Assembly: GCA_963716255.1 (NCBI GenBank)
Contig: OY970303.1
Location: 4,768,001-4,832,000 of the forward strand
Direction: 5' to 3'
Origin: an uncultured Gemmatimonadales bacterium
GTDB taxonomy: Bacteria; Gemmatimonadota; Gemmatimonadetes; Longimicrobiales; Longimicrobiaceae
Length of the DNA: 64,000 nucleotides
Below the pieces are notes generated by a model that was given only the letters and a program-made list of their open reading frames with translations, did not search any database and was not told where the DNA came from. The translations under genes were made by a program, and so were the position numbers. How positions within the stretch are numbered: the first letter of the stretch is position 1; each line of letters starts with the position of its first letter. Below, piece by piece: positions 1 through 9,200 of the stretch.

Positions 1-3000
1 GAATCGCGTTGAGATGCCCGAAGGGCTCCCTCGTCCATTCGCACTCTTCAAGGATGATGGGAATGACCACGCAGCTGCCGTTGCGCTCGCGCTCGACTGC
101 GCGTCGAACCTCCACCCCCCGCACGTAGTCCGACGCAATGAACTCGGGGCTGACCAGCAGGAGCATCACGTCCGCGGTCTCGAGCTCGGCGCGGATCTCC
201 CGGTCCCAGTCTGCGCCGGGGGGAATGAGGCCGTCGTCCCACAATTCCAGCAGGCCACGCGTTGCCTTCAGGGGTTTGAGGCGCACGAGCAGTTCGTCCT
301 TGTGGCGGCGATCGGAGCTCGTGTAGCTGATGAAGACGCGGGGACGCCACCGCCACCCCTCACGCTGGAGCGGATCCGAAAGCCGGTTGAGTTCCGAGGT
401 CGGGTTTACCGCCACCGTTCCCCGCGCCGTCGATGCCGAAGACGAGTTGTGGTTCGTCTCGTCCGCCTGCAGGGTGGAGACGGGCACGAAAATACCCGGA
501 CGTCCCTCCACCTCGAGCTCCTCCTCCTCCTCGAGTCCACGGATGTCGCCGTGGATCGTCCCGAAGTCGGCGCGGATCACGCCCAGCAGCTCCAGGCGTG
601 CCTCCCGTGGTCCGGTCACGGTCACGTCGATGCGGCGCTCTTCCGCATCGAGCCGCGCCAGCGCCCGCGCCTCTCCGTCGGCCAGGATTACCCCGCCTCG
701 CCAGCGGGGGAGCGATGGCTTTCCGTCGCCGGTCTCGTTCAGAGGGTAGGTGCGCGCGATGAAGCGCGGGAGCAAGCCTTCCGGGACGGTAGTGTACCGA
801 TAGCGGACCCGCGTCGCGCCGTCCTCGGGAGTCCAGTGGGCGGTGAGGTCCGGCTGCTCCAGCGGCAGTCGCTGCGGGACGAGCCATTGATCGTTGGCTT
901 CGCCTACGGGGATGGCAAGGTCGAAGCGGCACATCAGGTCAACCAGGTAGCGCCGCATCGTCTCCGGCTCGTGCGGGAGCGTTTCGCCAACCGCCTCCAT
1001 GGTCAGCATTCCGCTGCCGTCGTCGCGCACTGCCTCGCGAAGGAGCCGGTAGATCCCGTCCGTGACCCAGCGCGGGTCCAGCACGGTCGAATCGCGCAGC
1101 CGGGCGTCCCGCCCATAGTTCAACGCGATGCCTAGAGTATGGAACACATTGGCGAGGTAACGCTGCCCTCCGTCCTCCCTCTCGCCATGTTGCGCGCAGA
1201 TCGCTTGAAAGGTGGTGTACTCCATGTATGGCGTGCGCCTCTGCGCACGCTCGATCGTCGCCTTGATCTGCAGCCACGGTCGATGGAAGCGCTGCGTGAC
1301 GATCGGCATGTCGGCGACGGTGGTCGCCAGGAGCGATCGTAGCGCGTCGATTCCCAGGCCGGAGCGACAGTCGGTCTCCATGAAGCCCACGATGAAGGGA
1401 TATTTCTCTTGGAGGGCGCGCCGGTCAATGACGAAGGGGGCTGTGGCGAACTTGTTGAGCGCGACGATCACCGGCGACACACGTCCGTTCTCGTCGGTCC
1501 CGAACGCACGGAGGAGACGAAGCCAGTATTCCGCATCGGTTTTCTGCGTGTCTTCCCGCCCTGTGAGCACCACGATGTACACGGTGCTCTCCGACAGGAA
1601 GAAGGCATGAGTGGAGTGAGTCACCACCTGGCCGGCGAAGTCCCAGATGTTGACGCGCACTTTGCGATCGCCGCATGCCAGCTTCCAATGCGTGATCTCA
1701 ATCCCCAGGGTCTCCTTTGGCGAGCGGGCGAAGGTACCCCTGACGATGCGGCGCGCGATCGATGTCTTGCCCGCCGCGCCGCGGCCGACCAGCACCAGCT
1801 TCACCTCGTTCAACGACCGGGCACCGCGGGCTCGTGTGGCGTGGAAGGCATCAAGGACGGTGCGGGGATCGTGAGTGGACTTTTGCGCCACACGCTTGTC
1901 GGGCTGCACGTAAGGGCCGAGAAGCGCCTGCGAGAGGCCCAGCCCGAGGTTTCCCTGCAGCCACAGCTCCTGCAGAGGGAGGCGCTCGAGACCTGGGGGG
2001 AGGTCCACCAGCAGGTTGGAGGAGGCATCGAGCGCCGTGAGCTCACCACACCGGGTGAGGCTCTCGGGAAGGGCCCTGAGCCAGTTGCTGCTGACGTCGA
2101 GCGACTGAAGCCGTGTGAGCTGACCGATCGACTCCGGGAGTACCGTGAGCTGATTCTCACTGACCTCGAGGCACTTGAGCCGCGTGAGCTGCCCGATCGC
2201 CTCCGGCAGCACTGTGAGCTTGTTGTGGGAGGCGCCGAGCCACACCAGCCGCGTGAGTTGCCAGATCGCTTCCGGGAGCGCGGTGAACTGGTTGGAGGCG
2301 ATGCCTAACCACTCCAGCTCCGTGAGCTGCCCGATGGTGTCCGGCAGCGCGGTGAGGTGGTTGCCCCCGACGTGGAACCCCTGCAGCCGTGTGAGCCGCC
2401 CGATCGACTCCGGCAGCTTGGCGAGCCGGTTGTAACGGAGCCCGAGCGTGCGCAACCGGGCGAGCTGACCGATCGACTCCGGGAGTACCGTGAACTGGTT
2501 GTCGTTGGCGTCGATCCATTCCAGCTGCGTCAGCTGCCCGATCGCTTCCGGCAGCGTGGCGAGCCGGTTCTGCTTGATGAACAGTCTCTCCAGCAGCCTC
2601 AGCTCACCGACCGCCTCCGGCAGCACGGTCAGATCGTTGCGGCTGACGTCGAGCTCCTGAAGCCGTGTGAGCTGCCCGACCGCCTCCGGCAGCATGGGGA
2701 GCCGGTTGGCGCGAATGCCGAGCGTTTCCAGGCGTGTCAGCTTCCAGAGCCCCTCCGGCAGCACCGTCAGCTCGTTGCGGCTGACGGTGAGCGTCCGCAG
2801 CCGTGTGAGCGCCCCGACCGCCTCCGGGAGGTTGGTGAGCCGATTATTGGCGACGTCGAGCTCCTCCAGCTGCGTTAGCCGTCCGAGTGCCTCCGGGAGG
2901 GCGGTGAGCCGGTTGTTGCCGACGTCGAGTGACCGCAGCCGTGTGAGCTGTCCCAACGCCTCCGGCAGCGCGGTGATTCGGTTGCCGCGAGCGTCAAGCG

Positions 3001-3211
3001 ATTGCAGCTGCGTGAGCTGTCCGAGCCCCTCCGGCAGAGCGGTGAGCCGGTTGCCGCTGGCGTTCAGCGACTGAAGGTGCGTAAGCTCGCAAAGCGCCTC
3101 CGGCAGCTCTTTCAGGTCCAGCCCTCTCAGATTCAGGTTGAGCGCCCGCGTGTCGCGCGCCTCTGCCACGCGCCTCACCAGCTCCTCAACCGCCGTCGCA
3201 GCAACGCTCAT
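1..3211 (-). CDS. LRR-Roc-COR-TIR (Roco-family) protein; 3' end outside the window
   Basis: Not in the ORF track because no stop falls in the window. Manual translation from ATG 3211 (GGAGG upstream) gives MSVAATAVEELVRRVAEARDTRALNLNLRGLDLKELPEAL, then many 23-aa LRRs (LxxLxxLDxxxNxLTxLPE). These are followed by Roc motifs (KLVLVGRGAAGKTS, WDFAGQ, ALNK), a COR segment (VLDPRWVTDGIYRLL) and a TIR-like C-terminus (VFISY, LWDDGLIPPGADWDREI, LLLVSPEFIASDY, VIPIIL). Confidence 0.9.
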   Translation of the reverse strand, partial: MSVAATAVEELVRRVAEARDTRALNLNLRGLDLKELPEALCELTHLQSLNASGNRLTALPEGLGQLTQLQSLDARGNRITALPEALGQLTRLRSLDVGNNRLTALPEALGRLTQLEELDVANNRLTNLPEAVGALTRLRTLTVSRNELTVLPEGLWKLTRLETLGIRANRLPMLPEAVGQLTRLQELDVSRNDLTVLPEAVGELRLLERLFIKQNRLATLPEAIGQLTQLEWIDANDNQFTVLPESIGQLARLRTLGLRYNRLAKLPESIGRLTRLQGFHVGGNHLTALPDTIGQLTELEWLGIASNQFTALPEAIWQLTRLVWLGASHNKLTVLPEAIGQLTRLKCLEVSENQLTVLPESIGQLTRLQSLDVSSNWLRALPESLTRCGELTALDASSNLLVDLPPGLERLPLQELWLQGNLGLGLSQALLGPYVQPDKRVAQKSTHDPRTVLDAFHATRARGARSLNEVKLVLVGRGAAGKTSIARRIVRGTFARSPKETLGIEITHWKLACGDRKVRVNIWDFAGQVVTHSTHAFFLSESTVYIVVLTGREDTQKTDAEYWLRLLRAFGTDENGRVSPVIVALNKFATAPFVIDRRALQEKYPFIVGFMETDCRSGLGIDALRSLLATTVADMPIVTQRFHRPWLQIKATIERAQRRTPYMEYTTFQAICAQHGEREDGGQRYLANVFHTLGIALNYGRDARLRDSTVLDPRWVTDGIYRLLREAVRDDGSGMLTMEAVGETLPHEPETMRRYLVDLMCRFDLAIPVGEANDQWLVPQRLPLEQPDLTAHWTPEDGATRVRYRYTTVPEGLLPRFIARTYPLNETGDGKPSLPRWRGGVILADGEARALARLDAEERRIDVTVTGPREARLELLGVIRADFGTIHGDIRGLEEEEELEVEGRPGIFVPVSTLQADETNHNSSSASTARGTVAVNPTSELNRLSDPLQREGWRWRPRVFISYTSSDRRHKDELLVRLKPLKATRGLLELWDDGLIPPGADWDREIRAELETADVMLLLVSPEFIASDYVRGVEVRRAVERERNGSCVVIPIILEECEWTREPFGHLNAI

Positions 3212-3296
3212 ATGCGCCCTCCGATCCTGTTGGCGGCCGGGATCGCTAGGTGGTGATCACCGCCGGACGGGCGGCCGAATGCCTGTGGATAGACGG

Positions 3297-4835
3297 TCAG
3301 CCGCCGGCCGTCGTGCCGAGGGATCTCGCGAACCACGCGTCCGCGTTGCGGCGCACGAACGCCGTCGTCAGGGCGATGTCGTTCGAGACGATCCGGTCGT
3401 TCTCCAGGTGCGGGACCGTTTCCCTGAGCCCCGCGACCACCGCCCTCCCCGCGGGCGACAGCGTCAGCCCGTCCTGCAGCTCCGCCGCCTGCGCCGCCAG
3501 CAGCAGCTCGATGGCGATGATGGTCTCGCAGTTCTCCAGGACCGTCGGCAGCTTGAGCGCGCCGGTGCCGCCCATGCTCACGTGGTCCTCCTGCAGCTGC
3601 GACGTCATGATGGTGTCCACAGACGACGGCGTCGCGAGCACCTTGCTCTCGTTGACGAGCGCCGCGGCGGTGTACTGGGCGATCATGAACCCGGAGTTCA
3701 GCCCCGGCGTCCGCACCAGGAAGTTGGGGAGCCCGCGCTGCCCGGAAAGCAGCTGGTACGCGCGGCGCTCCGCGGCGCTGCCGAGCTCCGCGCAGGCGAT
3801 CGCCGCGAAGTCCAGCGCCATCGCCGTGGACTCGCCGTGCAGGTTGCCGCCAAAGAGGATCGCGTCCTCGTCGGGGAAGAAGAGGGGGTTGTCGCCCACC
3901 GTGTTGATCTCCGCTTCCACCATCGACGCGGCGAAACCCAGCGCCTGCCGGACCGCTCCGTGGATCTGCGGCAGGCAGCGGAACGAGTACGGGTCCTGCA
4001 TCGAGCGGTTCGCGTGCGGGAGCGCCCAGTGGTTGCTCCCGGCCGCGAGCGACGAGAGGTGCGCCGCCACGTCGCGGCGCTCCCGGTGCTCGGTGACGGA
4101 GTGATAGAGCGCGTCGAAGAACGTGCGCGAGGTGCAGAATGCCTGCAGGCTCACCGACGCCGCCACCTCGGCCGCCGCGACCAGGCGCGCGGCCCGGGCC
4201 AGCGACAGGACCGCGGCCGCGGTGATGTACTGCACGCCGTTGATCAGGGCCAGGCCCTCCTTGGGGCCGAGATCCAGGGGCTCCAGTCCCATCTCCGCGA
4301 GTACCGGCCCAGCCTCCCGCAGCTCGCCGCCGAGGTACACGAAGCCCTGTCCCAGCAGCGGCAGCGCCATGTGCGCCAGCGGCGCCAGGTCGCCGCTGGC
4401 GCCCACCGTGCCCTTGCGGGGCGTGGCCGGGATGACGCCGCGGTTCCAGAATGCCAGGAGCCGGTCGACGACGGCCGTGGAGATGCCGGTGTTGCCCGTC
4501 CGGAAGGTGAGCAGCTTCAGCAGCATCGTCGCGCGCGACGTGTCCTCGTCCGCGAAGGCGCCCACCCCGCACGCATGCGACAGGATCAGGTTCTGCTGCA
4601 GCACGTGCATGCTCTGCGCGGGCACGCGCGTCTCGCACAGCGCGCCGAAGCCGGCGTTCACGCCGTAGATGTGGATGTCCTCGGCGGCCTTGGCGGCCAC
4701 GTAGGCGCTCCCCCGGGCGATGGCCGCCCGCATCCCGTCTTCCAGGTCTAGGTGCGGCCGCGTAGCGACGAGCCCCGCCACGTCCTCGATCGTGTATCGT
4801 CCCGCGCCGATCCGGTGCGCGCTCGCGGCATTCAT
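3297..4835 (-). CDS. MIO-dependent aromatic amino acid lyase, histidine ammonia-lyase-like (512 aa)
   Basis: Motifs IYGVNAGFG, LILSHACGVG, the MIO-forming GTVGASGDLAPLAH, KEGLALING, QDPYSFRC and QEDHVSMG. Start MNAASAH at 4835 overlaps the upstream stop (ATGA). Confidence 0.9.
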   Translation of the reverse strand: MNAASAHRIGAGRYTIEDVAGLVATRPHLDLEDGMRAAIARGSAYVAAKAAEDIHIYGVNAGFGALCETRVPAQSMHVLQQNLILSHACGVGAFADEDTSRATMLLKLLTFRTGNTGISTAVVDRLLAFWNRGVIPATPRKGTVGASGDLAPLAHMALPLLGQGFVYLGGELREAGPVLAEMGLEPLDLGPKEGLALINGVQYITAAAVLSLARAARLVAAAEVAASVSLQAFCTSRTFFDALYHSVTEHRERRDVAAHLSSLAAGSNHWALPHANRSMQDPYSFRCLPQIHGAVRQALGFAASMVEAEINTVGDNPLFFPDEDAILFGGNLHGESTAMALDFAAIACAELGSAAERRAYQLLSGQRGLPNFLVRTPGLNSGFMIAQYTAAALVNESKVLATPSSVDTIMTSQLQEDHVSMGGTGALKLPTVLENCETIIAIELLLAAQAAELQDGLTLSPAGRAVVAGLRETVPHLENDRIVSNDIALTTAFVRRNADAWFARSLGTTAGG

Positions 4836-6232
4836 GACGCGGCTCCCGGGCCCGGGACGGCGCCCCCGTCCAACTCCGCGCCGATGTCGCGCCGGTAGTC
4901 GAATCCTTCCGGGGTCCTTTCCGGGATCACGCGCTCCAGCCATCCATAGGCCGACTCCCTGGCCGCCCGCACGCTCGGTCCGCGGGCCGATACCACCAGG
5001 GTCGAGTAGAGCCTGGCGCTGACGGTCACCGCGTCGGCGCGCTCGTCGAGCACGTCCACCCAGCCCGTGTAGGCGCGGGTGTGCGGGTCTTCCGCCTCCT
5101 TGGGGACGACCAGGGTCGGGGGGATCCAGTCGTCGGGAACCGGGTCGGGATAGACCGTCGGGAACGCGGCCACCGCGATCGACGCACCCGCCTTGAAGGC
5201 CGGCGTTAGCTCGGCGAGCCGGTCCTCCTGCGTGGCCTGCAGCAGCTCGGCGACCGGCACGTCCAGCCCGGTCACCAGGTTGGCGGTGGTGTTTCCGCCC
5301 GGTGAGCGGGTGTTTACCTCCAGGAGGTAGATGCGGCCCTCCGCGGTCTTGATCAGGTCGACGTTCAGGAAGGTGCGGGGGTGGCGGCCTAGAGCGCGCG
5401 CGAGGTGCTCGCAGAACGGCCCGACGATGGAGCCGGCGATCCACTCGAGGTCGGCGGGCTCCACGAGGCCGGGCACCGTGTTGCCCACGGACACGCCGCC
5501 GGTACCGTCGCACAGCGGACCGGTCTCACCCTCGAACCGGTGCTTGTAGCACACGTTCTCGCCGAGCCGGAAGATGGCGCCGCCGCCGTCGACGAGGCAC
5601 GTGTAGCTGAACTGCCGTCCCTCCACGAACTGCTGCAGCAGCACCCGGCCGCTGTCCTCGATGGAGCTTCGCGCGAACTCCTCCAGCTCCGCCGCCTCGG
5701 GCAGGCGAACCACGCGCGTGCGCCCGGCGGCGCTGCCGCCGAAGTGGTGGCTGTAGTCGCCCACGAACTTGGCGACCGCATGTCCCCCCAGGCCGGCGAC
5801 GGCATCGCGGATGGCGGAGGGATCGGAGGTCTCCAGGGTCCGCGTCAGCGGCAGGACGCCCGTCGGCGGAGGGAACACTTCGAAGATCTTCGTCTTATCC
5901 GTCTCATAGACGAGCTCCCGCGAAGTCGGGCCGACGTACGGCACGCCCGCCGCGGCCAGCGGAGCCTCCACGACGTCGAGCTGGCCCTGGCCGCTCACGT
6001 GCACCGCCGCGTAGCCCGCCAGCAGGCGGTGCACCTCGTCGGCGCTGGGCTCGCACCTCCCGTCGGCGTCGATCCGGTACAGCGGCACGTTCTCGTCTAC
6101 GGCGCGCGCGAGCGCCGCGTTGGGAAGGGTCGGATACGCGTGGACCCGGACGTCCGGCGTCTGACGGTGGATCACGTCCGCGAGGACTTCCTCCGTCACC
6201 GTGTTGCCGACGAGCGCGATCTTCAGGGTCAT
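4832..6232 (-). CDS. ATP-grasp protein, PurD (GAR synthetase)-like
   Basis: VPYVGPT, LLQQFVEGRQFS, YKHRFEGETGPLCDGTGG (compare PurD HKRxxdGDtGPNTGGMG), IYLLEVNTR and YRRDIG; translationally coupled within the BGC. Confidence 0.75.
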   Translation of the reverse strand: MTLKIALVGNTVTEEVLADVIHRQTPDVRVHAYPTLPNAALARAVDENVPLYRIDADGRCEPSADEVHRLLAGYAAVHVSGQGQLDVVEAPLAAAGVPYVGPTSRELVYETDKTKIFEVFPPPTGVLPLTRTLETSDPSAIRDAVAGLGGHAVAKFVGDYSHHFGGSAAGRTRVVRLPEAAELEEFARSSIEDSGRVLLQQFVEGRQFSYTCLVDGGGAIFRLGENVCYKHRFEGETGPLCDGTGGVSVGNTVPGLVEPADLEWIAGSIVGPFCEHLARALGRHPRTFLNVDLIKTAEGRIYLLEVNTRSPGGNTTANLVTGLDVPVAELLQATQEDRLAELTPAFKAGASIAVAAFPTVYPDPVPDDWIPPTLVVPKEAEDPHTRAYTGWVDVLDERADAVTVSARLYSTLVVSARGPSVRAARESAYGWLERVIPERTPEGFDYRRDIGAELDGGAVPGPGAAS

Positions 6233-6281
6233 GTGGGCGGCCTCGGGGCTCGGGTGGTGGAGGCGGGCGCCTCCGGTCCGG

Positions 6282-9200
6282 CTACGTGGATGCGTCGCGC
6301 GGCGGCTGGTGCCGCTCGCCGTGGAACCGGCCGGCGAACTGCTGTATCTCCCACTCCTCGAACGTGCGGCCGCCGCACCGCAGGCTCGGCGAGCGGAAGC
6401 CGAGCGCCGCCAGGCCCCGGTAGTGCTCCAGGGACGGCTCCACCCGCACGCGCCCGATCGTCCGCGGCATCCCCAGCTCCGCGCCGGAAAGGACGCCCGA
6501 CAGCGTGCACGATGGAAGGATGTCCTCGTGCGGCGCCAGCAGCTCGGCCCGGGTGGCGGCGTCCACCCGCTCCTGGACGAGCCGGGGGACGTGCCGGATC
6601 TCGCGGATCGGCAGCGGCGACTGCACCAGCCCGGCCACCGCGAACAGGACGTCGTGCGCCCGGTCGAAGCGGCGGAAGGCCGCCTGCACGTCGAAGGAGT
6701 GCGGGTACGAGTCGTCGACGATGATCGTGCCGGGGCGAAGCCGCTCGACGTCGATCACGCTGGGGAAGTTGGTCGCGCCGAGGATCAGCGAGGCGCCGTA
6801 GACTTCGTCGCTGAGCAGCGGGTTCGAGAGCGCCACGGAGACGCGTCCCCGCATCCCGCAGCTCTGCTCCAGGCGCTCCGCGAACGCGCGCACCGCCGCC
6901 TCCCGCTGCGGGATGTCGGCGAGGACGATCCGCCCGGGCGGGTTGCCGCAGGTGGCGAGCAGGAGTTCTGTGCCCGCCACCCCGATGGAGCCCACGCCGA
7001 CCACGGCCAGCGTTTCCTCCGGCAGGCGCCTGCCGCACTCCTCCAGCGCCCGGCCCAACGTCATGACCACCGACGCGGCGGTCGTGGCGTGGCCTGTAGT
7101 GAGGGCCGGCAGGCCGCGGCCCTCGACCCGGTCCCGCAGGGCGCACCCGTAGTCGGTGGCCGAGGCGAGCAGCCCCGTGAGCGAGACGGTGGTGGCGCCG
7201 AGCGACGCGGCCAGCCGCATGGCGGCCTCCATGTGGTCCAGGAGCCCCGCGGGGTCGTCGTAGAGCCGGGAGGCGAAGCACGGCAGCGTGACCACGCCGA
7301 TGGATCCCAGGTGCGTGGCGTGGTACGAGCTGAAGAGCGGCGCGCCGCCGCTCCACTGGCGAACGATCTCGCCCGCGGGCAGCCCCGTCGCGTCCAGCAG
7401 CCGGTCGGGCAGGTAGCTGAGCGCGACCGCGTCCACGCCCGGCAGACTACCCTCGGCATGCAGCTCCAGCAGCGGGCGGCCGTCCTCGATCCGCAGCGTT
7501 TCCCCGGGCGAGGCGCAGCCGCCGGGGGGCGCCGGGCCCGCCGCCGGCACCGTGCCGCCGCCGCCGCCCCGGCGGGAGGCGATCGAGGCGGCGAGGCCGC
7601 GCGCCGTCGGCGCCAGGAAGAACTCGGAGACGTCCAGCTCGCAGCCGGTCTCCTCGTGGATCCGCCGCCGGGCCCGCACCAGGTGCATGGAGTCGGCGCC
7701 GAAGTCGAACACGTTGGCGTCGGGGTCGACGCGCTCCACGTCCAGCAGCTCCCGCCAGATGCGCTGCACGAGGTCCTGAATGGCCGCGGCCTCCGCCGGC
7801 GGTGCCGCTCCCGGCGCCCGCTCGCCCGCGGTCGCGGCTCCGCTGGGGAGGGGCGCGGGAGGACTCCCCGCGTTCCCGTTCCGGGCCGCAGGCGGCGCGC
7901 CCGCCGCGGCTACCTCGCCCGGGACCGGGGCCAGCGGAGACCCGAACATCAGCGCCACGAGCAGCTTCTTGTCGGGGGCGACGCCCAGCAGCGGCGCGAG
8001 CGCCGGGAAGTACACGTCGCCGATGGGGCACGCGGCCACCTGCGCCTGCGCCGCGCGCTCGACGAGCACCTGCATCATGGCCCCGGCTTCGAGCAGCTCG
8101 AACCGCCCGGTGAGCTCGCCGTAGACCGGAGCCATTGCCTCGGGGCACGACACCAGGAACACCGTGAACGCGCAGCGCTCGGCGAGCGACCGGTTGGGCG
8201 CGCCGTAGAGGTCCGGGACCAGGTGGCACCCGAGCGTGACCGGGACGAGCGCGGACCGCGCCGGGTCCACGAAGTAGGTGCCGCCGCTCATCCCGTCCAC
8301 GGCGCCGTCGCGTATCCACACGTAGCTCTGCACGGGGTAGAGGGCCCCTGCCGACGGCCACCGGAACTTGCCCAGCTCGTCGTCGCCGGTCTGGCCCAGC
8401 GCGGACAGGACGTTCGCCAGGTCGGTGAACGCCAGGGGCCGCCCGCCGAACGCGCGCGCGCTCGCGCGCGCCGGCTTCGCTCCGGGCTGCGCGGCGAGCC
8501 CCGGCATCGCCAGCGCGATCCGCGGCCGGGCGTCGAGGTCGCGCCGGAGCGCCCGCCGCTCCAGGCGGAGTTTCAGCCGCTCCGCCGCCACCGGCAGCCC
8601 GGCATCGGCGGCGCGGGCCGTTTCGGGAACGGCGTGCGCCGGCAGGGGCTCGTCCGCCGCCGCGGGGAAGGCGGCGGCCAGCCACGCGTCCGGCGACTCG
8701 ATCAGCGCGCGGAGGCGGCCCTGGTACAGAGCCGCCAGCTCGTCCAGCATGCCGGGGGGGAGCAGCGCCTCGACGCCGTCCCACGTGAGGACGAGCCGGC
8801 CGCCGTCTTCCCGGACCATGTGGTCGAGCCACACCTGCGGCGTCTGCGTGATCATGTAGCTGTCGGGGGTGGCCCCGTCGGCGAGCGTCCGCCGCTCCCG
8901 GTCCAGGCCCAGCTCGCTCGTGAACACCACGGGAACAGCGGGAGGCTGGGCGCCCGTCAGCTTCTGGATCTCGCGCCGGATCCGGATCGCTCCCACCAGC
9001 CCGTGGTCGAGGTCGTCCCACATCCGGGACTGGATGCGCAGGGCCCGCTCTCGGAACGTGCCGCCGCGGGCGTCTTCGATCTCCAGCGGCACGATGGAGG
9101 TGAAGTCGCCCACCATCGCCGCCACCTCGGGGTGCAGCGGCTGGCGGTCGAACTGGGTGAGGCTGATGCAGAACCTCGGCGACCTGGCGAAGCGGGCCAG

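Noticed and set aside
14..3256. Plus-strand ORFs 14-1135, 1409-2308, 2357-2878 and similar
   Set aside because: Antisense shadows of the minus-strand Roco-TIR gene; their periodicity mirrors the LRRs.
4832..6232. Housekeeping purD
   Set aside because: The N-terminal GxGGREH motif is absent, the sequence is divergent, and the gene is coupled inside a BGC.
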